DNA from: an uncultured Pirellulaceae bacterium
Lineage (GTDB): Bacteria; Planctomycetota; Planctomycetia; Pirellulales; Pirellulaceae
Assembly: GCA_964397295.1 (NCBI GenBank)
Contig: CAYNJG010000004.1
Coordinates: forward strand, 8,302 to 72,301
Direction: 5' to 3'
Length of the DNA: 64,000 bases
Shown: one piece after another, positions 48,257 through 56,882 of the stretch
How positions within the stretch are numbered: position 1 is the stretch's first letter
Layout of the letters: each line of letters starts with the position of its first letter
Notes under the pieces: model-generated
The model's input: only the letters and a program-made list of their open reading frames with translations
Told to the model about the DNA's origin: nothing
The model's database searches: none
Position numbers and translations under genes: made by a program

Positions 48257-48379
48257 TCATCCTTCAACCTTGCACACTGGCGAGGGCCTGAGCGCGGCGG
48301 GGACAGGCAACTCGTCGGAAAGAAGCGTGGGTAGCAGCGTGTTGCGAAGGGTGCCCAGCGTCGAGGACGCTTGCGCGGA
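48257..48379 (-). pseudogene. Relic of an hsdS 3' end (distal conserved helix)
   Basis: It translates to [29 protein letters not shown]. The C-terminus of the intact HsdS is [30 protein letters not shown]. Same orientation, separated by the REP element. Confidence 0.75.
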
Positions 48380-48383
48380 CCTA

Positions 48384-48461
48384 TTGAAACACAGAGGCAC
48401 AGAGGACACGGAGTCTCGCATGCGACATTCCTCTGTGATCTCAGTGCCTCTGTGTTTCCAA
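48384..48461. repeat. Palindromic REP/MITE-like element, full copy
   Basis: The arm TTGAAACACAGAGGCACAGAGGACACGGAG is inverted as CTCTGTGATCTCAGTGCCTCTGTGTTTCCAA around a loop containing TCGCATGCGA. It lies 22 nt 3' of the hsdS stop. Confidence 0.8.
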
Positions 48462-48482
48462 ACGTTTTGTCGGCTCATGCCA

Positions 48483-49871
48483 CTACTTCCTGTGTGCGGT
48501 GAGGGCGGCAGGGACGGGCAACTCGCCGGAGAGAAGCTTGGGAAGCAGCGTGTCGCGAAGGGTGCTCAGTGTTGAGGACTCCCACTCGTTGGCGTCCATG
48601 CGTTTGAAGATGCCATCAACCAGTTCTCCAAACGCATCAAATACCTCGTCGCTCGGTTTCACAAACGTTATTTCGTTCATGCTTCGTTGACTTAGCTTGG
48701 GAATTGTTGACCCAGTGAGGTAGCCGCTGATGTCAGTTGCTCGAAGCGTGAACATCAAGAATCGAGTCACGCCATCGTGGTCGCCCGAAAGAACATGGGC
48801 GTGGTTGTTTACCCAGAACCTTCCTGTCGCGCGAAACGCGATCGGTGTGTTTCTCGTTCGTAGGTTCTCGCCATCTTCGGCGACGAGCAAATACTCTCCG
48901 TCGTAGATGAATTCGTTAACGTGATCGACGACGCCCGACGCTCCGTAATACGGATATGGTCCAGCCACACGATCCTTTCCTTTGACCGGCTGCCGCAACT
49001 TGTCGTGGTTGTTCGCAAAGTCCCCGAGCCGAACAACTTCCCAGCCCGTTGGAATCTTGCCGAGGTCGGAGTCTTGGAAGGTGGAGGGGAAAAGAGCCGA
49101 GAGGGAAGGTGGAAGGGTGAAGGGCGAATACGCGGGCGAGGAATCGGGGGAAAGGTCGCGAGGGGGCGGCGAGGTCGCCGTGGCGGCTCCGGTTCCCGAT
49201 GGCGGATTGGCCTGCTGGCCACTCTTGCTGCGCACGGGGTCGAAATCGACGAACCAACTCTTGAAGATCGCCCGCGCAAGGGACTCCAGCGTCGCATTCA
49301 TCCGACGGTTCAACTCGATCTTGTCGTCCAACGCACCAAGGATCGACGCGATCGCTCGCTGTTCTCCGATGGGAGGCAGCTTGAACTTGAATGCTTCGAT
49401 GCGTTTTGGAGCGGTGTGCAGGATTTTCGTCCCAGTCGCACCAACGTACAGCTCGCGATTAAATTCCGACCAAAGGAAAAGCCAGTAAAGAAAGTCGGGA
49501 TCAACGGCATCGGCTTCCTTGACGACCACTTTACCGAGACGTTGGTTGTGCAAATAAGTTCGACCGTCGTCGGGTATGCGGCCCGGAATTCCAAGAATTT
49601 CTCCGCCTGCTGTCTGGCACGTCATTACTAGCAGAATGTCTCGCGGTTTCAGGTCGTATTCGGCGGGATAGTCTTCGCGATATTCTTTAACCGTCGTTGA
49701 TTCAAAACGAAACCCGCCGGTGTATTGAAAGTTGCCGATGTTCACGACGATCGGCTTGCCCGAAAGGTCTTCAGAAAAGAACTTGCTCTTGAACGGCCAG
49801 CCATGGGTAATGCTGACGACATCGCCGAGCATGACTTCTCGCCATTTTCCGTTTGGCGACTCATCCGCCAT
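48483..49871 (-). CDS. hsdS: Type I R-M specificity subunit
   Basis: The start is taken at [13 protein letters not shown] (49871), overlapping the hsdM end by 11 nt. Two target-recognition domains are separated by the central helix ([50 protein letters not shown]). The distal helix is at the C-terminus. Confidence 0.9.
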   Translation of the reverse strand: MADESPNGKWREVMLGDVVSITHGWPFKSKFFSEDLSGKPIVVNIGNFQYTGGFRFESTTVKEYREDYPAEYDLKPRDILLVMTCQTAGGEILGIPGRIPDDGRTYLHNQRLGKVVVKEADAVDPDFLYWLFLWSEFNRELYVGATGTKILHTAPKRIEAFKFKLPPIGEQRAIASILGALDDKIELNRRMNATLESLARAIFKSWFVDFDPVRSKSGQQANPPSGTGAATATSPPPRDLSPDSSPAYSPFTLPPSLSALFPSTFQDSDLGKIPTGWEVVRLGDFANNHDKLRQPVKGKDRVAGPYPYYGASGVVDHVNEFIYDGEYLLVAEDGENLRTRNTPIAFRATGRFWVNNHAHVLSGDHDGVTRFLMFTLRATDISGYLTGSTIPKLSQRSMNEITFVKPSDEVFDAFGELVDGIFKRMDANEWESSTLSTLRDTLLPKLLSGELPVPAALTAHRK

Positions 49872-51588
49872 AGCCCAACGCCTCCAGATTGGACTTGATG
49901 GCTTCCTCCAAACGCGACGACTCCTCGAACTGACCGCCAAGCTCGCCGACCAAGCGACGCATCTTGTCCTCAAACGGCTCGCCGTCGTCCTCGACTTCTT
50001 CCGCTCCCACGTAACGGCCCGGCGTGAGCACGTGGCCGTGTTCGGCGATCTCGGACTGCGTCGCACTTTTGCAGAAACCGGGGATGTCGGAGTAAGTGTC
50101 GAGTGACGAGTTGCGAGTGTCGAGCAGAGGGTTCTCTTGCCACGCGTGGTAGGTGTCGGCGATGCGGGCGATGTCGGCGCCGGTTAGCTCGCGGTGGACT
50201 CGGTCGATCAGCGTGCCCATTTTGCGGGCGTCGATGAACAGAGTCTCGCCTTTCCTGTTTCGGAATCCCTTGGCGGCTTTGTCTCGTGTCAGGAACCACA
50301 GGCAGACCGGAATCTGCGTGCTGTAAAACAACTGACCGGGCATCGCGACCATGCAATCGACCAGATCGGCTTCGATGATCTGGCGGCGGATGTCGCCTTC
50401 GCCCGACTGGTTACTGCTCATGCTGCCGTTGGCCAGCACGAATCCGGCCGTGCCCGTCGGACTGAGATGGTGGATGAAGTGCTGCACCCATGCAAAGTTG
50501 GCGTTGCCTTTGGGAGGCGTGCCGTATTTCCAACGCACGTCTTCTTCGTTGCGGTGCCAGTCGCTGTCGTTGAACGGCGGATTGGCGATGACGTAGTCGG
50601 CTTTGAGGTCTTTGTGCAGGTCGCGGCGGAAGGTGTCGGCGTGCTCTTTGCCAAGGTCGCCGTCGATGCCGCGAATCGCAAGGTTCATCATCGCCAGACG
50701 TCGAGTGGTGGGGTTGGATTCCTGACCGTAGATGGCGATGTCGCCTTTGATTTTTGGAGCGGCGGTTTTTCCTTTGCCCTTCTTGCCGTTTCCATTGCCG
50801 GAGGCGTGGGCTTTGATGAACTTGTCGGCCTGGACGAACATACCTCCGCTGCCGCACGCCGGGTCGTAGATGCGGCCCTTGTACGGGGCCAGCATTTCCA
50901 CCAGCGTGCGGACGACACAACTGGGCGTGTAGAACTGGCCGCCTTTCTTGCCTTCGGCGGATGCGAATTCAGAGAGGAAGTATTCGTAAACTCTACCGAG
51001 GATGTCTTTGGAGCGATGGGCAGTTTGTGCGTCGGACGGCGTTGTCGAGTCGCCGTCAGCGTCTGGCTTAGCGATCATCTCGATGGTGCCGATCAAGTCG
51101 ATCAGCTCGCCGAGTCGCTGCTTGTCGAGTGCCGGCCGAGCGTAGTTTTTGGTGAGCGTGCCTTTGAGCTTCGGATTGTCCCGCTCGATGGCATCCATTG
51201 CGTCATCGATCAGCTTGCCGATTGTCGGCTGTTTTGCGTTGTTCTGTAGTTCCAGCCAGCGAGCTTCCTTCGGAACCCAGAATACGTTTTCGGCTCGGTA
51301 CTCGTCGGCGTCCTCCGGATCAGCTCCTTCATACTCGCCTTCGCCAGCGACGAGCTTCGCGTGGTGCTCATCAAACGCATCGCTGATGTACTTGAGGAAG
51401 ATCAGCCCAAGCACAGTGTGCTTATACTCGGCGGCGTCCATGTTGTTGCGAAGTTTATCCGCAGCTAACCAGAGCTTGGCTTCAAAACCAAGATTTGCAG
51501 TAGTGTCCTTCTGTTTCTTGGTGCTGGGCTTCTTAGTTGCTGCCTTCTTCTTGGTTGCTTTTTTCTTAGCTGCCTTTTTCTTGGCCAT
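49861..51588 (-). CDS. hsdM: Type I R-M N6-adenine DNA methyltransferase subunit
   Basis: 575 aa with an HsdM N-terminal domain ([25 protein letters not shown]), motif [11 protein letters not shown] and motif [11 protein letters not shown]. An unusual Lys/Ala-rich N-terminal tail is present. Confidence 0.95.
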   Translation of the reverse strand: MAKKKAAKKKATKKKAATKKPSTKKQKDTTANLGFEAKLWLAADKLRNNMDAAEYKHTVLGLIFLKYISDAFDEHHAKLVAGEGEYEGADPEDADEYRAENVFWVPKEARWLELQNNAKQPTIGKLIDDAMDAIERDNPKLKGTLTKNYARPALDKQRLGELIDLIGTIEMIAKPDADGDSTTPSDAQTAHRSKDILGRVYEYFLSEFASAEGKKGGQFYTPSCVVRTLVEMLAPYKGRIYDPACGSGGMFVQADKFIKAHASGNGNGKKGKGKTAAPKIKGDIAIYGQESNPTTRRLAMMNLAIRGIDGDLGKEHADTFRRDLHKDLKADYVIANPPFNDSDWHRNEEDVRWKYGTPPKGNANFAWVQHFIHHLSPTGTAGFVLANGSMSSNQSGEGDIRRQIIEADLVDCMVAMPGQLFYSTQIPVCLWFLTRDKAAKGFRNRKGETLFIDARKMGTLIDRVHRELTGADIARIADTYHAWQENPLLDTRNSSLDTYSDIPGFCKSATQSEIAEHGHVLTPGRYVGAEEVEDDGEPFEDKMRRLVGELGGQFEESSRLEEAIKSNLEALGYGG

Positions 51589-52048
51589 CCGGTAACCTAG
51601 CCGTCAATAAATTCGCAAAAGTATGAGGTCTGAATCTAGCAGAAACTAAAGCTATTTGCTCGCAACCTTCGACACCCCACTACAGAATTGCGACTGAAGT
51701 TGGAGTGGTTATTTTAGATTTCAAGTTGTCAGGTTGCCAAGCTCTTCTTAACGGAACAACTCTTACATTGGTGGCAATCTGCTATCAAAACCATCACTGC
51801 CGAAGAATGAGTCTGAGGTGGTCTAGCAACGTTTGAACGCAGAGCTCAGAGAAATCTTGGTTCTGGACAATGGGTGCCACATACATAGCTCGCTCTAGCC
51901 AGGACAACTCTCTTCACTTTCCAAAAGACTTCGTTGCTCCAGATTCGAGGCGTTGGTCTAGCGAGTGCTTGGATGGCGGCTTTCTGATCGCAATTGAGCG
52001 ACCGGAGCTTTTCGGTGGCGCAGGATTGCAAATGAATTAGCCAGCAGG

Positions 52049-52354
52049 TCAGCGAATGAAGATGGCAATAACCCCAACTAGCAAGAAGAATGCCGACGTC
52101 CGTACAAACCTACCGAGCAAGCAAGCCGCGCCGGCATACCAAGAAATACCGGTCACGTACCACACTACGGGAACCCAGAAATATGAAAGGAAGCTTTGCT
52201 GCCCGCGGCCTTCCCAGACGAATTCCATGAATAGTAGAACCGTGGCGTAACACATCACGATGATCGCCACGATCAACCAAAGCATACCCACAGCAACAAG
52301 GCCGGAATGAACCCCTAAGTCAGTCGCCAAGTTGTCGTACTTGTTTGGCATCAA
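52049..52354 (-). CDS. Small polytopic membrane protein, hypothetical
   Basis: 101 aa with three hydrophobic helices. Confidence 0.4.
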   Translation of the reverse strand: MMPNKYDNLATDLGVHSGLVAVGMLWLIVAIIVMCYATVLLFMEFVWEGRGQQSFLSYFWVPVVWYVTGISWYAGAACLLGRFVRTSAFFLLVGVIAIFIR

Positions 52355-52450
52355 TGCATCCTAGAATAGATTGCAGCCGCCTAACGTCATCGATAACCGG
52401 GCCGGTGCGGTTGATCTTCCATTTTGAAAAACGCGTATTCGATCCGTTTG

Positions 52451-52969
52451 TTAGGCAGCCGATGGGCCGAGTACGGTTCTAACCAATGCGGCCTTAGGCG
52501 AATGTCTACGATCTGAACGACCAATGCAAACGAAACCGAGTAAGATTAGAAACCTCCAACAGCGTACGGTCGGCTCAGGCACCATACGGACGGGGAACGA
52601 GCAAGTAGTATGATCGGCACAAAATCCAACGATATCGCCGTTTGTTGCACGTGGTGAAACAAAGATATCGAGTGTCAAAGGACCATCAATAGTCACAACA
52701 TCAGCGACGTTCACAACTGTTACGGACGACATTGGATCTGCGACATTGGGAATGATGAATTCAAACGGTGCTGGCGATGAACCTGGCATTAACTCGCCAC
52801 CAGCAGAAACAAACTCGAAGCCACGAGTGGTGTATGTACCTTCAATAGGCGAAACAGTGATGGGTCCGCCGCCGACTGGCCATGTGCCGATTATATTTTC
52901 CTGCGCGGACAGACGCGAAGCACAAACACACGGCAAAATGATCAGGAACAGACGAAATGCGTTTCGCAT
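52451..52969 (-). CDS. Secreted hypothetical protein with PEP-CTERM-like anchor
   Basis: 172 aa with a signal peptide. VPEP followed by a hydrophobic helix and a basic cluster (MVPEPTVRCWRFLILLGFVCIGRSDRR), though ~20 extra residues follow. Confidence 0.45.
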   Translation of the reverse strand: MRNAFRLFLIILPCVCASRLSAQENIIGTWPVGGGPITVSPIEGTYTTRGFEFVSAGGELMPGSSPAPFEFIIPNVADPMSSVTVVNVADVVTIDGPLTLDIFVSPRATNGDIVGFCADHTTCSFPVRMVPEPTVRCWRFLILLGFVCIGRSDRRHSPKAALVRTVLGPSAA

Positions 52970-53296
52970 GCTATCTCCTTCGTGATTTCGAATTAGGCCA
53001 CCTAACGTTACCGGTAGCCGGGTACGAAGAGTTGATTATGTGTAAACAGAACCATCGGCATCCGACTGTTTTGAGCACTCCGCGTTTGTTCAATCGTTTG
53101 CTATCCGGCAGTTTTCGCAGTGACAATTAGGGCCATCTTCAAATGGTCTCGCTGGTGGTTTTCATTCATCGATCGTTGGCCGGATAACATTTAAAATCTC
53201 GCGACAAGTGATTCCCCATTTGCTTACGCCCGGCTTCGCGACTCCTGTGCATTTTTTGTGTTATGCCCGGTTGCGCTTCAGGGTTTAATCCACACT

Positions 53297-53860
53297 TCAT
53301 TTCGTCACGAACGGTCCGTAGTACTTGAGCCCGAGTTCCGCGACGTCGTCCGGGTAATCCATGAATTCATACGATAGCGTACCAACGTCAGCCAGCACGC
53401 TCTCCGGCAAAGTTGAGCCAGCTTCTTTGACCGTATTCCCATCGCGATCAATCATGGGGTTTGGCATCAATGCCTGAAGTTGGTCGTGACTGAGTTTATC
53501 TATTTCTAATGCCGAAGTCAGTTTTGAATAACAGTCGGCGACGATCTTTGCCATCTTGTCTGCACCCATCTTTTGTAGTGCGGCCAGGCCATACCGATGA
53601 GAGCCGACGCCCCAGTTGGTGATGAACTGCAGGTATCCACCGTTGTTGACGTCCGCCTCCAATCGCCAAACGGCAGCCAACTCGCGTTGCCATTCTTCCG
53701 GCAGTGACTCAAGGTCACCGTCGTGGGCGAAGGTCATCTCGTGGTACTTGTCCGTGAGATCGTACCAATCCAATTGCGGCCTCCATTTGTGGCATAACGT
53801 GACGCTTCCGAAGAGTGGACCGTCCACACCGCACGACTTTTTGGAGCACTCCGCGTTCAA
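53297..53860 (-). CDS. DUF4375 (DMP19-like) domain protein
   Basis: EADVNNGGYLQFITNWG resembles the NGG(F/Y)xQF motif of the DMP19/DUF4375 family. The start is uncertain (TTG at 53860 or ATG at 53737). Confidence 0.5.
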   Translation of the reverse strand: MNAECSKKSCGVDGPLFGSVTLCHKWRPQLDWYDLTDKYHEMTFAHDGDLESLPEEWQRELAAVWRLEADVNNGGYLQFITNWGVGSHRYGLAALQKMGADKMAKIVADCYSKLTSALEIDKLSHDQLQALMPNPMIDRDGNTVKEAGSTLPESVLADVGTLSYEFMDYPDDVAELGLKYYGPFVTK

Positions 53861-54054
53861 TCGATTGCCCGCGTGCCAATCAGTTTAAGCGTCGCCGCGT
53901 ACGCGAGCAAATGAGTCAAGCAAAGCAGCGATTTTTTGCTTGCCGATGGGGTTTGCGTTTTGTCTTCCTGCGCCGCCAACGAATCTGTCTTATTGCGACA
54001 CGTGTTCCGTGTCACCGACTGCATGTTTGAGTATATTTAAATGGGAAATCCATC

Positions 54055-55980
54055 ATGAAACACGAAACCACTGCTCTGCTACTCACGTTTTTATTGCTGG
54101 GCCAAGCCTTAGCGCAAAACACGGTGGAACCGGGCGACCTCAGTGTGCGACTCAGGACTGCGGCCGCGTGGAATCCGGTTCTCGATCTCGGCAGCGAAGC
54201 GCTCGAACTTACGCCCACGGACGTTGTTCCGTTGGACGATGGAACCGGACGATTGCTGATCGCGACGCTCGGCGGAACCATCCGCGTTTTTGATCAACAA
54301 GCTGGTCTGCTCGACGAACCGCTTTTCAATAGTCAGCAAAGTGGCCTGCAACTTCAGCAAGAATCGGGAACAACGGGTATCGTCGTGCACCCGAACTTTG
54401 CCGGCAATCCGGCCGAGTTTGGCTACGGAAAGCTCTACACGATCACGACGGAGAACGGCGCGTCAACCAGCGGGCTTTCGCCGGAGCACGTGGACTTTCC
54501 ATTCGCCGGAGAAGTCCATCAAGACGTTATTCGCGAGTGGGACCTCGGGACGATTGTTGGCAACGCGGATCAAAACTCGCTGCCAAGTATTTCTGTCAGC
54601 GATTCGCGCGAGATCCTGCGCGTCGCGCAGCCGGGGCCTTTCCATAACCTTACGGACATGGCCTTCGACCTATCACTCGAGCCAACCCATTCGGATTACG
54701 GTCAGCTTTATATCAGTAGCGGTGATGGCGGCAACAGTTTCACCAACGCATCGACGAACGCGACACGCAAGCAGGCTGCGCAAGATCTTTCTTCGATTTA
54801 CGGTAACGTTCTGCGCATCAACCCGAATCCCGATGCCCACTCGCTGGTTCGCAACAACGAAAACACCAATTTGCCGGCCTACAGCATATCCCCGATCAAT
54901 CCGTTTGCCGGTGACGAAGTGGTCGAATCGCGCGACGCCGGTACGCTCGCTGAGATCTTTGCCTACGGCCTGCGCAGTCCGTTTCGACTGAACATTGATT
55001 CGCAGCAGGGTACCATCACGTTCGGAGACGTGGGCGAACAAAATCGCGAAGAGATTTCGCTGGTCACGCCGGGCAGTAACTCAGGTTGGGGTAGGTTCGA
55101 AGGGACACGCCAAGATAATGACTTCGTGGAACTCGCTGGTCCAGCCCCACATTCGCCGCCCGTCTTTGAATACGGTCGTGACGTGGGACGATCCGTCATT
55201 GGCGGTATCGTCTACCGAGGATCCGCGTTTCCAGAATTGTTCGGCAAATACGTGTTCGGTGACTTCGGACAATCTGGAGTTTCGGCGAGACTGTTTTACG
55301 GCTCGATCGATCCGACGGATGATAGTTTCGGCCAGATTTTCGAGTTCGATCTAAGTCGCAGTGAAGCACTCTTTCCCGTGAGCACGGACGAAGACGACAC
55401 GATCGACGGCGAGGCCGCTTTGCCGGATCGGCTGTTTAGCATCGGCGAAGACGAAAACGGTGAGCTGCTATTGATTGGCGGACAAGATCCTCGTTCAGCA
55501 GTCAGCAGCGTCGAGGGCGCGTTTCTGATTCGACTCACTCGTGGTCTTGGTTGCGATACAAGCGGCGACGGACTCTGCACGATCGACGACTTGAATGAGT
55601 TGGTCCTGGCGAGAAATCGTGATAGTGACGATCCGCTCTTCGACATCGACTGGGATGACGCACTTGATGGCGATGATGTGTCGTCGTGGCTCGAACAGGC
55701 AAGCGCCGAAAACGGTTTTCTCCACCGCGTGGGAGACACGAATCTCGACGGCGATGTGGACTTCGCGGACTTTCTTAGTTTGTCTGCGAACTTCGGAAAT
55801 CGCGAGGCAAACTGGACGCAGGGCAACTTCGACGGGAATGAAGGAACTCAATTTGCCGATTTCTTAGCGTTGTCCGAAAACTTCGGAGCCGTCGCTACAC
55901 TGCAAAACGTTCCTGAACCAAGTTTTCACCTCTTCTTACTGTTGGTATTCTTGGCGGCAAGACAGAAACGCCGGTATTGA
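54055..55980 (+). CDS. PQQ-dependent sugar dehydrogenase-like beta-propeller with dockerin-like repeats and PEP-CTERM anchor
   Basis: 641 aa with a signal peptide and sorbosone/glucose dehydrogenase-like segments (LYISSGDGGN, YGLRSPFR, NSGWGRFEG, GGIVYRG). The C-terminus has DTNLDGDVDFADFLSLSANFG and ends VPEPSFHLFLLLVFLAARQKRRY. Confidence 0.75.
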   Translation: MKHETTALLLTFLLLGQALAQNTVEPGDLSVRLRTAAAWNPVLDLGSEALELTPTDVVPLDDGTGRLLIATLGGTIRVFDQQAGLLDEPLFNSQQSGLQLQQESGTTGIVVHPNFAGNPAEFGYGKLYTITTENGASTSGLSPEHVDFPFAGEVHQDVIREWDLGTIVGNADQNSLPSISVSDSREILRVAQPGPFHNLTDMAFDLSLEPTHSDYGQLYISSGDGGNSFTNASTNATRKQAAQDLSSIYGNVLRINPNPDAHSLVRNNENTNLPAYSISPINPFAGDEVVESRDAGTLAEIFAYGLRSPFRLNIDSQQGTITFGDVGEQNREEISLVTPGSNSGWGRFEGTRQDNDFVELAGPAPHSPPVFEYGRDVGRSVIGGIVYRGSAFPELFGKYVFGDFGQSGVSARLFYGSIDPTDDSFGQIFEFDLSRSEALFPVSTDEDDTIDGEAALPDRLFSIGEDENGELLLIGGQDPRSAVSSVEGAFLIRLTRGLGCDTSGDGLCTIDDLNELVLARNRDSDDPLFDIDWDDALDGDDVSSWLEQASAENGFLHRVGDTNLDGDVDFADFLSLSANFGNREANWTQGNFDGNEGTQFADFLALSENFGAVATLQNVPEPSFHLFLLLVFLAARQKRRY

Positions 55981-55999
55981 ACTTTCTAGCGAGAACGAC

Positions 56000-56512
56000 A
56001 TGAAACGAATATTTGCCTTCGTGACGAGAGTGTCCTGCGGCATATTGTTAGTGACGATGGTTGTGTCTCTGGCGACTGCCAAACCGCAAGAAACTGTTGC
56101 TCCCAAAGATAATCGGGTGACTGCCGATCCAGACGTGACCGAGATCACTGAGCTCATGAGCAAGCAAGTCAGAGCTTGGAACGCGGCGGACATTCCTGAA
56201 TTCATGAAGTACTACTGGAAGTCTGACAAACTCACGTTTAGCTCGGGCGGTACCACACGTCGCGGTTGGAAAGCGACGCTTGAGTCCTACCAGAAAAAAT
56301 ATCCGACGCCGGAGAAGATGGGGCAGCTTCGTTTTTCCAATCTGGAGATCGACGTGTTGGGCGAGGGCGTGGCGTTGGTGCTAGGAGAGTGGCAGCTAAA
56401 GCGCGCAGACGATCCAGATATCGGTGGTAACTTTAGTTTGGTCTTTCGTAAGCTTGAAGGTCACTGGCTGATCATCCACGACCATTCTTCGGCACGAGAC
56501 AATCTTCCGTAA
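56000..56512 (+). CDS. SnoaL-like / DUF4440 (NTF2 fold) protein, secreted
   Basis: 170 aa with a signal peptide. QVRAWNAADIPEFMKYY..GEWQLKR..GNFSLVFRKLEGHWLIIHDHSS fits the NTF2-like pattern. Confidence 0.55.
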   Translation: MKRIFAFVTRVSCGILLVTMVVSLATAKPQETVAPKDNRVTADPDVTEITELMSKQVRAWNAADIPEFMKYYWKSDKLTFSSGGTTRRGWKATLESYQKKYPTPEKMGQLRFSNLEIDVLGEGVALVLGEWQLKRADDPDIGGNFSLVFRKLEGHWLIIHDHSSARDNLP

Positions 56513-56553
56513 TTGCAGCGACAAGAATTGAGGATAGCGTAAACCCTGGCCAG

Positions 56554-56859
56554 TTAAGTAATGGTCAGATCGACAATGCCAGATTCCAGTTTGTTTTCAT
56601 CAACGGCAACGTGTTGGAAAAGATCTTGGTAATCAGCAGCTACGAGAATCCATCGTGTCGGTTGGTCGTCATAGTTTCTGAGAATTACATCGTCTTCGAT
56701 GAGTCGCGAGAGACGAAACGCGACGGCATCATCGCCAAGCAATGTGTTGCCATACCGATCAATGAATGTCGATTTCGAGGGTGGCACTACCGCGGAGCGG
56801 TCGAGTGAAAACGGCAACGCATTTGTTTGTGCTGTCACGGTCCGCTTCACGTAAGTCAA
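56554..56859 (-). CDS. Hypothetical 101-aa protein, downstream partner of the 505-aa gene
   Basis: The ORF starts 23 nt after the stop of the upstream gene on the same strand. No motif recognised. Confidence 0.45.
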   Translation of the reverse strand: MTYVKRTVTAQTNALPFSLDRSAVVPPSKSTFIDRYGNTLLGDDAVAFRLSRLIEDDVILRNYDDQPTRWILVAADYQDLFQHVAVDENKLESGIVDLTIT

Positions 56860-56882
56860 GATAACGAGTTTTTGCGTCGGGA

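Larger units (their letters stand above)
41217..51800. mobile_element. tRNA-Ala-associated genomic island (degraded integrative element) carrying type I R-M plus accessory genes
   Basis: A tRNA gene is followed by an integrase remnant, then the R-M operon with decayed and intact accessory genes. An AT-rich non-coding stretch lies at 51600-51850. The right boundary is not defined and may extend to ~53.9 kb. Confidence 0.5.

Noticed and set aside
48257-48478. 73-aa ORF listed in the track
   Set aside because: It is a composite of a read-through REP palindrome (..HRGTEITEE..) and the hsdS 3' relic, not a gene in its own right.
50194-51249. 351-aa plus-strand ORF, plus several other long ORFs antisense to hsdM and hsdS (e.g. 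48921-49631, 50411-50920)
   Set aside because: They lie entirely inside, and antisense or out of frame to, genes with unmistakable HsdM/HsdS motifs. Their products are Arg/Val/Ala-rich low-complexity sequences typical of off-frame translation of GC-rich coding DNA.
51600-53300. Search for an attR copy of the tRNA-Ala 3' end to close the island
   Set aside because: I could not find a recognisable repeat of GGTTCGAACCCGTCATCCTCCA by eye, so the island's distal boundary is left open rather than asserted.
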